Notes under the pieces: generated by a model
What the model was told of the DNA's origin: nothing
Seen by the model: only the letters and a program-made list of their open reading frames with translations
Databases searched by the model: none
Shown here: positions 21,055-31,368 of the stretch, piece by piece
Layout: every line of letters starts with the position of its first letter
Numbering within the stretch: position 1 is the first letter of the stretch
Assembly (NCBI GenBank): GCA_963530615.1
Contig: CAUSDX010000003.1
Location: forward strand, 22,181-86,180
Source of the DNA: an uncultured Flavobacteriaceae bacterium
Lineage (GTDB): Bacteria > Bacteroidota > Bacteroidia > Flavobacteriales > Weeksellaceae
Length of the DNA stretch: 64,000 nt
Reading direction: 5' to 3'
Translations under genes and position numbers: made by a program

Positions 21055-21585
21055 ATGAAAAAAAGTATTTTATTCTTAAGTTTCTTAGCTCTTCTGAGTT
21101 GTAATAAAACTAAACAAGAAATAACAAACACTACAGATGATAATATTACGGAAAGTAATGTTCATTTAGTTGAAATGAATTCTCAACAAATTTCAGAGAT
21201 AATTACTCCCCAACAAAATGACACTATCTATGTTACTAATTTCTTCGCAACTTGGTGTGGACCTTGTATGCATGAAATTCCTTTTTTCAAAGAAAAAATG
21301 GAGGAACTCAATGGTGAAAAAGTAAAATTCACCTTCATCAGCGTAGATAGACCTAAAGACTGGAGTATTGCCGTAAATCAATTTGCAAAAGAATCCGGCT
21401 TAACAAAAAATATTGTTTTATTCAATACGGAGCAAATCCCTGCTGACTTTTTCACTAAACACTTTGAAACATGGAACGGTGCCTCTATTCCTTTTACACT
21501 AATTACTAAAGGAAATCAAAGAATAGAGACCATCGGTATGATGAGAAAACAAGAACTCTCTGATAAAATCAATGCTCTAAAATAG
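21055..21585 (+). CDS. thioredoxin-fold lipoprotein (TlpA/ResA-like)
   Basis: 176 aa with a lipobox LLSC and a WCGPC active site. Confidence 0.8.
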   Translation: MKKSILFLSFLALLSCNKTKQEITNTTDDNITESNVHLVEMNSQQISEIITPQQNDTIYVTNFFATWCGPCMHEIPFFKEKMEELNGEKVKFTFISVDRPKDWSIAVNQFAKESGLTKNIVLFNTEQIPADFFTKHFETWNGASIPFTLITKGNQRIETIGMMRKQELSDKINALK

Positions 21586-21598
21586 TGTCAAAATCCCT

Positions 21599-22564
21599 AT
21601 GAAGAACTTCCGATTTGTCCTTCTATGTTTTCTCTTTTTAATGATGATTGCTATCTACACCAATCTTAATACTGGTTTTTTAGCATTAAATTTTTCTGAT
21701 TTTTGGAGCGAAAATACTCTTCATCAAGAGGTAATTCATTTAAGGATCAATCGGGTTTTGGTAATGATTTTAGCAGGAATTTCAATTCCTACCAGTGGAT
21801 TTTTGCTCCAAGAATACTTCCGCAATCCCTTGGCAGGTCCTTCTGTTTTAGGAATAAGTTCTGTAGCAAGTCTCTCCGTAGCATTTTACATTTTATTTTC
21901 CAAGAATTTGGCTTTTCCTGAATTTCTTCATCAAGGTATGATAAGTTTCTTCGCTATTGGGGGTAGCCTTACCTTATTGTTGTTACTTTTACTATTTTCT
22001 CGATATGTAAAAGACATTTCCTATATTGTCATTTTTGGATTTCTCATCTCTGCCCTATCAGGTGCCGTGGTAAGTATCTTGCAATTCTATGCAGAAAACG
22101 AGTCCCTGAAAAGCTATATTTTATGGTCTTTTGGAGGAAATAATCAAGTAACCCTTTTACAAATTTTCATCTTATTTTGCATTATTTTATTAGGATTAAC
22201 ACTTACCTTCTTAAGCATTAAACCTCTCATTGGTCTCAGTTTAGGTATAGATTATGCCCAAAGTATGGGCGTGAATCTCTCTCGTCTTAGAGTTTTAATC
22301 ATCATTTCTTCTTCTCTACTCTCTGCTTCTATCACGGCATTCCTTGGACCTATTCTATTCATAGGTGTGATTGTTCCACATTTTTCTAGAATGCTTTGGA
22401 ATCCTTCTCAACTTTGGCACCAATGGCTACTCAACATGCTTCTAGGGGTTATCATTATGGAATTATTCTCCTCTCTATCAGAAAATCTTCAACTCCCTAT
22501 GAACATCATCACTTCTATATTCGGTGTGCCAGTGATTTTGGTCATGCTTCTTAAAAGAAAATAA
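21599..22564 (+). CDS. FecCD-family iron/siderophore/B12 ABC transporter permease
   Basis: 321 aa, polytopic. The NPLAGPSVLGISS motif is typical of the FecCD/BtuC family. Confidence 0.85.
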   Translation: MKNFRFVLLCFLFLMMIAIYTNLNTGFLALNFSDFWSENTLHQEVIHLRINRVLVMILAGISIPTSGFLLQEYFRNPLAGPSVLGISSVASLSVAFYILFSKNLAFPEFLHQGMISFFAIGGSLTLLLLLLLFSRYVKDISYIVIFGFLISALSGAVVSILQFYAENESLKSYILWSFGGNNQVTLLQIFILFCIILLGLTLTFLSIKPLIGLSLGIDYAQSMGVNLSRLRVLIIISSSLLSASITAFLGPILFIGVIVPHFSRMLWNPSQLWHQWLLNMLLGVIIMELFSSLSENLQLPMNIITSIFGVPVILVMLLKRK

Positions 22565-22647
22565 CCAAACTCAATAAATACAACAGAGTCTTCATCATTT
22601 TTCAAAATTAAAGTTTATTTTTGCTCATTAAAATTTTTATTGAAACG

Positions 22648-23424
22648 ATGAAACTTATCAGTTATAATGTCAATGGTATCCGTGCCGCAATGGGAAAAGA
22701 TTTTTTAACTTGGTTAAAAGATGCTAACCCTGATGTGCTTTGTATCCAAGAAAGTAAAGCCCAGCCCGAACAAATAGATGAGCAAGGTTTTAAAGATTTA
22801 GGATATAAATGTTTTTGGTACTCTGCTGAAAAAAAAGGCTATAGTGGCGTGGGTATTCTCTCAAAACAACAGCCAAAGCATGTGGAGTACGGCATTGGCA
22901 TAGATTACATGGATACAGAGGGGCGAATAATTCGTACTGATTTTGAGAACTTTTCAGCGATTTCGGTATATGTTCCCTCAGCAACTAACATTGACCGCCT
23001 TGACCTAAAAATGCAGTTCTGCTATGACTTTTTAGACTACATCAAAGCATTAAAAAAAGAAATTCCAAACCTTATAATCTCTGGCGATTTCAATATTTGT
23101 CATCAAGCCATTGATATTCACGATCCTATCAAACTCGCAAAGGTCTCAGGCTTCCTTCCTATGGAGCGAGAATGGCTCAGTAAATTCATAGAAGAATGCT
23201 CCCTCATTGATAGTTTCAGACACTTCAACCATGCACCACATCAATACTCTTGGTGGAGCTATAGAGCCAATGCTCGTGCAAACAACAAGGGTTGGCGATT
23301 AGATTATAATTTTGTAAGCCTAAACATGGAGGCACAAATGAAACGAGCAGTCATTCTAAAAGAAGCTGTACATTCTGATCATTGCCCCGTAATGGTTGAG
23401 TTTGAAAATACACTGCTTAGATAA
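22648..23424 (+). CDS. xth: exodeoxyribonuclease III
   Basis: MKLISYNVNGIR start, plus the ISGDFNICH and SDHCPV motifs. The start was moved from the TTG at 22621 to the ATG at 22648. Confidence 0.92.
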   Translation: MKLISYNVNGIRAAMGKDFLTWLKDANPDVLCIQESKAQPEQIDEQGFKDLGYKCFWYSAEKKGYSGVGILSKQQPKHVEYGIGIDYMDTEGRIIRTDFENFSAISVYVPSATNIDRLDLKMQFCYDFLDYIKALKKEIPNLIISGDFNICHQAIDIHDPIKLAKVSGFLPMEREWLSKFIEECSLIDSFRHFNHAPHQYSWWSYRANARANNKGWRLDYNFVSLNMEAQMKRAVILKEAVHSDHCPVMVEFENTLLR

Positions 23425-23472
23425 TCCTCTCTCTTTACTAATGGATTTATTTCATTTTTACTCCCTAATTCT

Positions 23473-23480
23473 TATCTTTG
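23473..23480 (+). promoter_or_regulatory. Bacteroidota -7 promoter box (TATCTTTG)
   Basis: Matches TAnnTTTG, 19 nt upstream of the ATG at 23499. Confidence 0.55.
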
Positions 23481-23498
23481 CAAAAATAAAAAATCATC

Positions 23499-24113
23499 AT
23501 GTTAGTAATAGGCATTGCAGGTGGAACAGGCTCAGGAAAAACCACCGTAGTTTCCAGAATTTTGAAAAATATCGATATGGAGGGTATTAATGTTCTTTCA
23601 CAAGATAATTATTACCATGACAATACCCATCTAAGCCTACAAGAACGAGAAAGTTTAAACTATGACCACCCAAAAGCAATAGATTTTGACCTTTTAGTAA
23701 GCCATATCCGTGCTTTGAAAAAAGGAGAAAGCATAGAACAACCCGTATATTCGTTTGTTACTCATAATAGAACGGGAGACCATGTCATTGTACACCCTAA
23801 AAGTGTCATCATAGTAGAAGGTATTTTGGTTTTAACCAACAAAGAACTATTAAAAGAATTTGACCTAAAAGTATTTGTCCATGCTGATACCGATGAAAGA
23901 CTCATTCGCCGTATCCGTAGAGATACCCAAGAACGCGGTAGAGATTTGGAAGAAGTTTTGCACCGCTATCAAACTACTCTAAAACCTATGCATGAAGAAT
24001 TTATAGAGCCTTCTAAGTCTCATGCTGATATTATCATTCCTAATATGAATTACAATAATGTAGCAACTAACCTTCTCGCTACAGTAGTCAGTGATTTTTT
24101 GAAAAATAACTAA
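23499..24113 (+). CDS. udk: uridine kinase
   Basis: 204 aa with the P-loop GIAGGTGSGKTT and DHPKAIDFDL. Confidence 0.93.
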   Translation: MLVIGIAGGTGSGKTTVVSRILKNIDMEGINVLSQDNYYHDNTHLSLQERESLNYDHPKAIDFDLLVSHIRALKKGESIEQPVYSFVTHNRTGDHVIVHPKSVIIVEGILVLTNKELLKEFDLKVFVHADTDERLIRRIRRDTQERGRDLEEVLHRYQTTLKPMHEEFIEPSKSHADIIIPNMNYNNVATNLLATVVSDFLKNN

Positions 24114-24122
24114 CGACTAACA

Positions 24123-24482
24123 ATGAAACAAAATACCTCAGAAACCACCTCTCCCAATAATAAAAGACTTCCTATATTAAAAAAAATAGCTTGGAATAAA
24201 TACTCTTTAGCCATTATTTTATTCATAATTTGGATGATTTTTTTTGATAATACTTCTTGGCTTGTTATCAGAGAATTAGACAAAGAAATTAATAAATATG
24301 AAGAACAAGTCAATTTTTATAAAAATGAGTTTGAAAAAAATGACAAATTCTATAAAAAATTAATGCTCAATAAATCCGAAAAAGAAAAGTTCGCAAGAGA
24401 AAATTATTTCATGAAAAAAAGCAATGAAGAGATTTTTATTTTAGTAATAGATAGTTCTTCTTTAGCTCAAAAAAACAAATAA
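24123..24482 (+). CDS. septum formation initiator (FtsB/DivIC) family protein
   Basis: 119 aa with one TM segment followed by a coiled coil. It occupies the conserved position after udk. Confidence 0.7.
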   Translation: MKQNTSETTSPNNKRLPILKKIAWNKYSLAIILFIIWMIFFDNTSWLVIRELDKEINKYEEQVNFYKNEFEKNDKFYKKLMLNKSEKEKFARENYFMKKSNEEIFILVIDSSSLAQKNK

Positions 24483-25637
24483 ATGATTGATTTGAATATT
24501 ATCACTCAAGCAGGAATTCAAAATTTCATCATAGATAATACAAATACTGATTTAACCCAGTTTTTATTAAAAACAAATCCTTTTCCTAATCTTAGCATTC
24601 AAGAAATTGCACAACAGATTAAAGGTAGACAAATTGCACAAAAAAAATTTCCTTTTCTACTAAAAGAAGGCATTGTTTTTCCTCCACATCTCAATATAGA
24701 ACAAGCTTCTTCACAAGAAACAGCCATTGCCAAAGCTCAAAATTTATCAGGAAAAACATTCCTCGATTTAACTTGCGGTTTTGGAATTGATGCTTATTTT
24801 TTTGCTCAAAACTTTGAAAAAGTTTATTTAGTAGAGCAAAACTCTACCCTTTCTAAAATTGTGAAACACAATTGGAAAATTCTCGGAAAGAGTGCTCATT
24901 TCATCAATGACAATTTAGAAAACTTCCTTAAAGAAAACAAAGAAGTTTTTGATTTGATTTATCTTGACCCTGCCAGAAGAAATGCCTTAAATCAAAAAAA
25001 GTTCCTATTAGAAGAGCTTTCTCCCAATATTTTAGAAATTCAGGACAAACTCTCTTCTTTCGCAAAAAGAATCATTATCAAGTTATCTCCATTGATTGAT
25101 ATAAAATATCTACAAGATAGCATAAAAAATATCTATGAAATAGAAATTATCGGAGTAAAAAATGATGTTAAAGAAGTTATTCTCCATATTATCCCCAATT
25201 TTCAAGGAAAAATTAGAATTACCTCCAAAAATTTATCCAGCCCAAACATAGATTTTTCATTTTTTATAGATGAAGAAAGTTCTGCAATTTCTGAATATTC
25301 CGATGTTTTAGAATACATATATATTCCCAATAATGCTGTTCTAAAGTCTGGAGCTTTTAATCTCATCTCTGAAAAATTTAAGTTAAAAAAACTACACCCT
25401 AACACCCACATCTATACTTCTAATGAAAAATTAAACCACTTTTGCGGAAGAATTTTTAGAGTCAAAGAAATTTCTGCAAAAAGCTTACAGAAGGGCATGA
25501 AGTTTAATATTATTTCCAAAAATCACCCTTTAAGCCCAGAAGAAATAAAATCTAAATATAAGCTTAAAAACGGTGGTGATGATTTTCTCTTCTTTACCCA
25601 ATCCCAAAAAGGAAAAATTATCCTAAAATCAATATAG
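24483..25637 (+). CDS. class I SAM-dependent methyltransferase with THUMP-like C-terminal region
   Basis: 384 aa with motif I (LDLTCGFGIDA) and the DLIYLDPARR post-motif. Confidence 0.7.
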   Translation: MIDLNIITQAGIQNFIIDNTNTDLTQFLLKTNPFPNLSIQEIAQQIKGRQIAQKKFPFLLKEGIVFPPHLNIEQASSQETAIAKAQNLSGKTFLDLTCGFGIDAYFFAQNFEKVYLVEQNSTLSKIVKHNWKILGKSAHFINDNLENFLKENKEVFDLIYLDPARRNALNQKKFLLEELSPNILEIQDKLSSFAKRIIIKLSPLIDIKYLQDSIKNIYEIEIIGVKNDVKEVILHIIPNFQGKIRITSKNLSSPNIDFSFFIDEESSAISEYSDVLEYIYIPNNAVLKSGAFNLISEKFKLKKLHPNTHIYTSNEKLNHFCGRIFRVKEISAKSLQKGMKFNIISKNHPLSPEEIKSKYKLKNGGDDFLFFTQSQKGKIILKSI

Positions 25638-25716
25638 ATTTACAAAACTTTTTATCGTTTTCCTTTGTTAAACAGTTTCTATTTTTTAACTTTGGTTATT
25701 ATTACTAAATTATTCA

Positions 25717-27099
25717 ATGGAAACAACCTTATCTTACATTAAAGAAAATAAACAAAGATTTTTAGACGAATTAATAGAATTGCTAAAAATAGCTTCTATA
25801 AGTGCTGATCCTGCTTACAACCAAGATGTACTACAATGTGCCAATACCGTAGCAAAACATCTACAAAATGCAGGAGCTGATAATGTAGAAATTTGCGAAA
25901 CCAAGGGCTATCCTGTAGTTTTTGGAGAAAAAATAGTTGATAAAGATTTGCCTACTGTTTTAATATATGGACATTATGATGTTCAACCTCCCGACCCATT
26001 AGAGCTTTGGGAAAGTGGTCCTTTTGAACCAGTTATCAAAAAAACAGAACTCCACCCAGAAGGGGCGATTTTTGCAAGAGGAGCCGCTGATGATAAAGGA
26101 CAATTTTTTATGCACTTGAAAGCCTTTGAGGCAATGATGAAAACTAATACATTGCCTTGTAATGTAAAATTCATCATTGAAGGAGAAGAAGAAGTGGGCT
26201 CTGCAAGTTTAGCCGAGTACTTGGAAACAAATAAAGAAAAATTGGCTTGTGATGTTATTTTAGTTTCTGATACTAGCCTATATTCTATGGAGCAGCCTAC
26301 GGTTACCACAGGACTTCGAGGTTTAAGTTATGTAGAAGTAGAAGTAGAAGGACCTAATCGAGATTTACATTCTGGTCTTTATGGGGGAGCTGTTCCTAAT
26401 CCTATCAATATTTTAGCAAAAATGATAGGTAGTCTTATCGATGAAGATGGAAGAATTACTGTAGAAGGATTTTATGACAATGTAGCCATCGTATCTGAGG
26501 AAGAAAGAGCTGAAATGAATAAACTAAAAGACGACCCAGAAGCTTTCAAAAAAGAAATTGGTCTAAAAGGATTAGAGGGAGAAAAAAACTACACAACACT
26601 AGAAAGGGCTTCCATTCGTCCTACCCTTGATGTCAATGGTATGTGGGGCGGATATATTGGAGAAGGAGCAAAGACAGTAATCCCTTCAAAAGCCTCTGCT
26701 AAAATCTCTATGAGATTAGTTCCTAACCAAACTCCAGAAGAGATTACAGAAAAATTTATAAAACATTTTCAAAAAATCGCTCCCAAAAGCATAAAACTTA
26801 AAATCACACCTCATCATGGAGGAATGCCTTATGTTTTAGAAAGTAACACTAAAGAATTTTTAGCAGCTAAAAAGGCGATGGAACAAGCATTCGGAAAAGA
26901 GGTACTACCATTCAGAAGTGGAGGAAGCATCCCTATTACAGCTTTATTTGAACAAATTTTGGAAGTAAAATCTGTTCTGATGGGATTTGGATTAAGTACA
27001 GATGCTATTCATTCTCCAAATGAACATTATGGACTTTATAATTTCTATAAAGGCATAGAGAGTATTCCTCTATTTTTTGAACATTACGCTAAAAAATAA
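25717..27099 (+). CDS. M20-family dipeptidase
   Basis: 460 aa. The motifs GHYDVQP, RGAADDKGQ and EGEEEVGS are present. Confidence 0.9.
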   Translation: METTLSYIKENKQRFLDELIELLKIASISADPAYNQDVLQCANTVAKHLQNAGADNVEICETKGYPVVFGEKIVDKDLPTVLIYGHYDVQPPDPLELWESGPFEPVIKKTELHPEGAIFARGAADDKGQFFMHLKAFEAMMKTNTLPCNVKFIIEGEEEVGSASLAEYLETNKEKLACDVILVSDTSLYSMEQPTVTTGLRGLSYVEVEVEGPNRDLHSGLYGGAVPNPINILAKMIGSLIDEDGRITVEGFYDNVAIVSEEERAEMNKLKDDPEAFKKEIGLKGLEGEKNYTTLERASIRPTLDVNGMWGGYIGEGAKTVIPSKASAKISMRLVPNQTPEEITEKFIKHFQKIAPKSIKLKITPHHGGMPYVLESNTKEFLAAKKAMEQAFGKEVLPFRSGGSIPITALFEQILEVKSVLMGFGLSTDAIHSPNEHYGLYNFYKGIESIPLFFEHYAKK

Positions 27100-27111
27100 C
27101 TATTTTTCATT

Positions 27112-27150
27112 AAAAAATCCTATCTTAATTTCAATGATAGGATTTTTTTA
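27112..27150 (+). terminator. intrinsic terminator after the dipeptidase gene
   Basis: 9-bp stem aatcctatc/gataggatt followed by a T-run. Confidence 0.7.
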
Positions 27151-27217
27151 TTTTTGAAACCTGTCAAAAATCATAATGTTATTTTTTACAAATATTGTAA
27201 TACTAATTATTTTTTTC

Positions 27218-27326
27218 TACATTTGTCCCAACAAAATCTCCATCTATGCAGATTTGTTTCTAATCTTTTTCATATAAATCTATTTTTATAAAGAGGTCAT
27301 TTTGAATAAAAAATGACCTCTTTTTA
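27218..27326 (+). ncRNA. candidate small RNA (promoter box to terminator-like hairpin), unverified
   Basis: A TACATTTG -7 box lies at 27218-27225. About 65 nt downstream is a 13-bp hairpin (27290-27323, aaagaggtcattt/aaatgacctcttt) ending in Ts. No ORF is present. Confidence 0.25.
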
Positions 27327-27386
27327 CCTAATTAGTATACTTTTAATCTTTATCAATAAACACACTCCTTTTATTTTAATTTTTAC

Positions 27387-27394
27387 TACCTTTG
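27387..27394 (+). promoter_or_regulatory. Bacteroidota -7 promoter box (TACCTTTG)
   Basis: Matches TAnnTTTG, 21 nt upstream of the internal ATG at 27415, and lies inside the track's longer ORF. Confidence 0.5.
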
Positions 27395-27414
27395 GAGCCT
27401 TATTTTTTATTTTT

Positions 27415-29418
27415 ATGTTATTTAAAAAGAAGGACAGTTTTAGTGTTATACTTAAAAAATATTTTACCCATCGGAATGAGACTCAATCTATTCAGCCTCT
27501 CTCTGAATTTTTTCAAAGTTTAAAAAAAGAAAATTTTGATGTATTTCTCGCCTATCTTAAAAATAATGAAGAAATCACCCAAAATTTCAAGTATTATCTA
27601 TTCAATATATTTTCGGGAAAAAGTTTTAATAAAGTCATTACCAATGCTAATATTTTATCTGAAAATGCCTTTTTTCCTGAACTAAAGAAAAGAATTTCCT
27701 ACAAATTTCTCCCTCCAGTAGAAGACGAAAATACAGTATCTAATATCATCTCAAAAGTTTTATACAAAGCTAAAACAGATATTCAGTATATTGAAAAAAT
27801 TACACCTGAAGAAAGTAATGAGTTTATTCAACTTCTAGGACTTGAAAATTTGATTAACTTACCTTACATCAAAAGAGAAATTTTATTTTCAGCCAATATT
27901 CTCTCTCGTAGAGCAACAGGAAGTGCTATGGAATCTGAGATTGCTAGAATGCTCCCTGAATACCAATCTTTTGATAACCCATTCATTGCTCTACAAAAAG
28001 AATTAGACCATATTACTGAAAGATTTCAAAATGATGAAAATCTTACTATAAATTCTAAAGATACTGATTATAAACAAATTAAGATTTATATTGAACAATG
28101 TTTAGGCTTTGTAAATCAAGCATTTAAAAATGCATCTAAATTTGGAATTTCTAGTAAAACCAATCAATCTTTATTGAAAATCAGACAACAATTAGAACGA
28201 ATTCAAGAGACTCTATATTTGTTGGTTATTGATACTGAAGATGATATTCTAAATAACACGAGAAGACTCATTATCAATATTTTAAAATATAAATCTCATA
28301 GAAATAATATAAGAGAACTTATAGATGATAGCACCAAACTTCTCTCTCATCTTATTACCTCTCACACCGCAGAAACAGGCACCCACTATATTGCAACCTC
28401 TTCTAAAGAATATATAAAAATGTTTTGGAAATCCAGCGGAGGAGGAATTTTGGTAGGATTTTTATGTATTTTCAAAATGCTATTCAGTTCTGTGCATGGT
28501 AGTGATTTTCTACATGCTATACTTTATTCTATGAATTATGCCATTGGCTTTGTAGTGATTTATTTATTGGGATTTACCTTAGCTACAAAACAGCCTGCAA
28601 TGACCGCTACTACAATGGCAAAAATTCTATCAGACGAAACAAAAAATTCTAATTATCAAGCATTTGCAAATTTAGTCGCCAAACTTTTCAGAACTCAATT
28701 TATTGCCTTCGTAGGGAATGTTATTTGGGTATTTCCTACGGCATTGGCTCTTATTTATGGTATGGATTATTTTTTTGATAAAAATTTTGCCACACCAAAA
28801 GCTAATAAATTACTCAAAGATTTAGACCCTTTCCAATCTAAAGCGATTATTCATGCATGTATTGCAGGAGTATTTTTATGTATTTCAGGTGTCATATCAG
28901 GAAGTATTTCTAATAATTCTATCTTCCAAAAAATCCCGCAAAGAATTGCTCAAAATCCTTACTTAAATAATATTTTTGGAATTCCTTTTTCTAAAAAAAT
29001 TGCTGATTTTTATACTAAAAATTGGGCAGGAATTATTTCAAACCTTTGGTTTGGGATATTTTTAGGTATGATAGCACCTTTGGGAGTATTTTTAGGTTTA
29101 GATTTGGATATTCGCCATATTACATTCTCTGCGGGAAATTTTGCATTAGGACTTTATGGCAAAGGATTTGAAATTTCCACTTATGATTTTTGGATTTGCC
29201 TTATCACAGTATTTCTCATTGGTTTTTTCAATTTTATCATAAGTTTTGGATTATCAATGTTTTTGGCTTTCCGCTCTCGAGAAGTAAATTTTGGTGAAGT
29301 AGGAAAAATTTACCAAGAAATTTTTCACTTCTTCCTTAAAAATCCTTTAAGATTTTTTATCCCTCTAAAATCAGAATTAGATCAAGGAACAAAAGATTTA
29401 ATCAATGAAAAACATTAA
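27415..29418 (+). CDS. large polytopic membrane protein (possibly the family annotated 'site-specific recombinase', PF10136-like)
   Basis: About 667 aa from M35 of the 701-aa track ORF. The N-terminal half is soluble and helical; the C-terminal half has multiple TM segments. The track start at 27313 sits inside a hairpin. Family assignment is from memory only. Confidence 0.5.
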   Translation: MLFKKKDSFSVILKKYFTHRNETQSIQPLSEFFQSLKKENFDVFLAYLKNNEEITQNFKYYLFNIFSGKSFNKVITNANILSENAFFPELKKRISYKFLPPVEDENTVSNIISKVLYKAKTDIQYIEKITPEESNEFIQLLGLENLINLPYIKREILFSANILSRRATGSAMESEIARMLPEYQSFDNPFIALQKELDHITERFQNDENLTINSKDTDYKQIKIYIEQCLGFVNQAFKNASKFGISSKTNQSLLKIRQQLERIQETLYLLVIDTEDDILNNTRRLIINILKYKSHRNNIRELIDDSTKLLSHLITSHTAETGTHYIATSSKEYIKMFWKSSGGGILVGFLCIFKMLFSSVHGSDFLHAILYSMNYAIGFVVIYLLGFTLATKQPAMTATTMAKILSDETKNSNYQAFANLVAKLFRTQFIAFVGNVIWVFPTALALIYGMDYFFDKNFATPKANKLLKDLDPFQSKAIIHACIAGVFLCISGVISGSISNNSIFQKIPQRIAQNPYLNNIFGIPFSKKIADFYTKNWAGIISNLWFGIFLGMIAPLGVFLGLDLDIRHITFSAGNFALGLYGKGFEISTYDFWICLITVFLIGFFNFIISFGLSMFLAFRSREVNFGEVGKIYQEIFHFFLKNPLRFFIPLKSELDQGTKDLINEKH

Positions 29419-29450
29419 AAAAATCCTCCTTTAAAAAGGAGGATTTTTAT
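29417..29450. terminator. bidirectional terminator between convergent genes
   Basis: 9-bp stem atcctcctt/aaggaggat with flanking A- and T-runs. Confidence 0.7.
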
Positions 29451-29461
29451 TTAATAAATTT

Positions 29462-30166
29462 TTACAGTTTAGAAAATTCAAATTTATTTTTCAGAAAATC
29501 AGCAGAAGCATTTTCTACAAATAATTGACCTATTTTAGTTCTTCTTAATTGAGTTAAATACGCTCCTACCCCCAATTCTTGCCCTATATCATGAGCCAAA
29601 GAACGGATATAAGTTCCTTTGGAACAACCTACAATAAAACTAATTTTAGGAAAATTTATCTGAATTTCTTTGATATAATGTATCGTAGTCTTACGGGGTT
29701 TTACTTCCACTTCTTGTCCTGCTCTTGCAAGATTATACGCCCTCTCTCCAGCTACTTTTATCGCTGAAAAAATTGGAGGCTTCTGTTCTATCTCACCTAA
29801 AAAATTCACTAATACCCTTTCTACTAAATCTTTTGTAATATGCTGATAATCCATCAATAATATCTCTGGTTTTTCTGTATCATAAGATTCTGTCTGAGCT
29901 CCAATCTTTATCTCTGCCCAATACTCTTTCGGAGCATCTTGTATTTCTGGAATTTTCTTGGTTGCTTTTCCTGTACAAACAACAAGCAGTCCTGTTGCTT
30001 TTGGGTCTAATGTTCCTGCATGACCTATCTTGATTTTCTTTAACTTAAATTCCTTTTTTAATTTAAATTTCATCTTATTCACTACTTGAAAAGATGTCCA
30101 ATCTAATGGTTTATCTACTAAAAAAACTTGCCCACTTTGTATCTGCTCTAAGGTCATTAAAGTCAT
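29462..30166 (-). CDS. truB: tRNA pseudouridine(55) synthase
   Basis: 234 aa with the catalytic motif GHAGTLDP. Confidence 0.93.
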   Translation of the reverse strand: MTLMTLEQIQSGQVFLVDKPLDWTSFQVVNKMKFKLKKEFKLKKIKIGHAGTLDPKATGLLVVCTGKATKKIPEIQDAPKEYWAEIKIGAQTESYDTEKPEILLMDYQHITKDLVERVLVNFLGEIEQKPPIFSAIKVAGERAYNLARAGQEVEVKPRKTTIHYIKEIQINFPKISFIVGCSKGTYIRSLAHDIGQELGVGAYLTQLRRTKIGQLFVENASADFLKNKFEFSKL

Positions 30167-30214
30167 TTTTATTTCAAAATTATCCTATAAATATTTTATT
30201 CACCACTTTCATTC

Positions 30215-31018
30215 TCAATGAGAATAAAAATAAATCAATAAAATCACTCCTACAATAATCCTATACCAACCCCAAAATTTAAAACCATATTTCGCTAAAA
30301 CTTCAATGAAAAACTTAACGGCAATCAATGCTACAATAAACGCAACTATATTTCCTACTAAAAAAACCTGAATGTTTTCAGGAGTTTTCATAATCATTTC
30401 GTAGCCTTTCTGTCCATTTTCCCAAGTTTTCACGAAAACAGAATAAATTGTTACTGCCAACATCGTTGGTAACGCTAAAAAGAAAGAAAACTCTGCTGCT
30501 GCTTTTCTTGTTAATCCTTGATACATTCCCCCTATGATAGACGCTGCCGAACGAGAAGTTCCTGGCATCATTGCTAAACATTGCCAAAAACCAATAATTA
30601 CCGCTTTTTTGATAGATACTTCTTTTTCATCTGCAATAATGGAATTAGCAAACCATTTATCCACAAATAATAAAATAATCCCACCTAAAATCAACACAGA
30701 AGAAATCACAACTTGATTTCCCAAAACAGCCTCAATTTTATCATCAAATAAATATCCAAAAAATAAAGCTGGTATTACAGCAAATGCTAATTTGATATAA
30801 ATCTGAAAATTATTAATATCAAAAAACTTCTTCCAATAAATTACCACAATGGATAAAATCGCCCCAAACTGCGTAGAAACTTGAAACATCTTCAAATATT
30901 CTGTTTCTTCCATACCTAATAATGCTGCTGTAAAGCCCATATGTGCTGTGGAAGATATGGGTAAATATTCCGTAAGACCTTCTATAATCGCTATAATAAT
31001 CGCTTCTATCAGTTCCAT
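30215..31018 (-). CDS. uppP: undecaprenyl-diphosphate phosphatase
   Basis: 267 aa. The motifs EGLTEYLPISSTAH and PGTSRSA are present. Confidence 0.93.
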   Translation of the reverse strand: MELIEAIIIAIIEGLTEYLPISSTAHMGFTAALLGMEETEYLKMFQVSTQFGAILSIVVIYWKKFFDINNFQIYIKLAFAVIPALFFGYLFDDKIEAVLGNQVVISSVLILGGIILLFVDKWFANSIIADEKEVSIKKAVIIGFWQCLAMMPGTSRSAASIIGGMYQGLTRKAAAEFSFFLALPTMLAVTIYSVFVKTWENGQKGYEMIMKTPENIQVFLVGNIVAFIVALIAVKFFIEVLAKYGFKFWGWYRIIVGVILLIYFYSH

Positions 31019-31021
31019 TTA

Positions 31022-31291
31022 TTATTTCTTTCTTTTTAAAATTGCAAAAACCTGCACTATAAAACCTATAATAACCAACAAGGGTGCAATTCTAATTCTC
31101 AACACTGAAAAAATATCTTCATTCCAATAATTTGGGTCAAAAGTTCCATCTGGTCTTGTATTTGCTCCCTGTCCCATCATCAATAAAAATCCTACAACTA
31201 TGAAAGCCAAACCTATGAGCATCAATCTAAAATTTCCCTTTCCGAAATAAAAACTATTTCTTTCTTCTCTTTCTTGATTATTTTTTTTCAT
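31022..31291 (-). CDS. DUF3098 family membrane protein
   Basis: 89 aa with two TM segments, in the conserved position between ftsX and uppP. Confidence 0.65.
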   Translation of the reverse strand: MKKNNQEREERNSFYFGKGNFRLMLIGLAFIVVGFLLMMGQGANTRPDGTFDPNYWNEDIFSVLRIRIAPLLVIIGFIVQVFAILKRKK

Positions 31292-31368
31292 CTCCTTGAG
31301 TATAAAATGATATAAAGTTCGTAAAAGAAATTTCCTTCACGAACCTTATTTCTTATTAAAATTATTTT

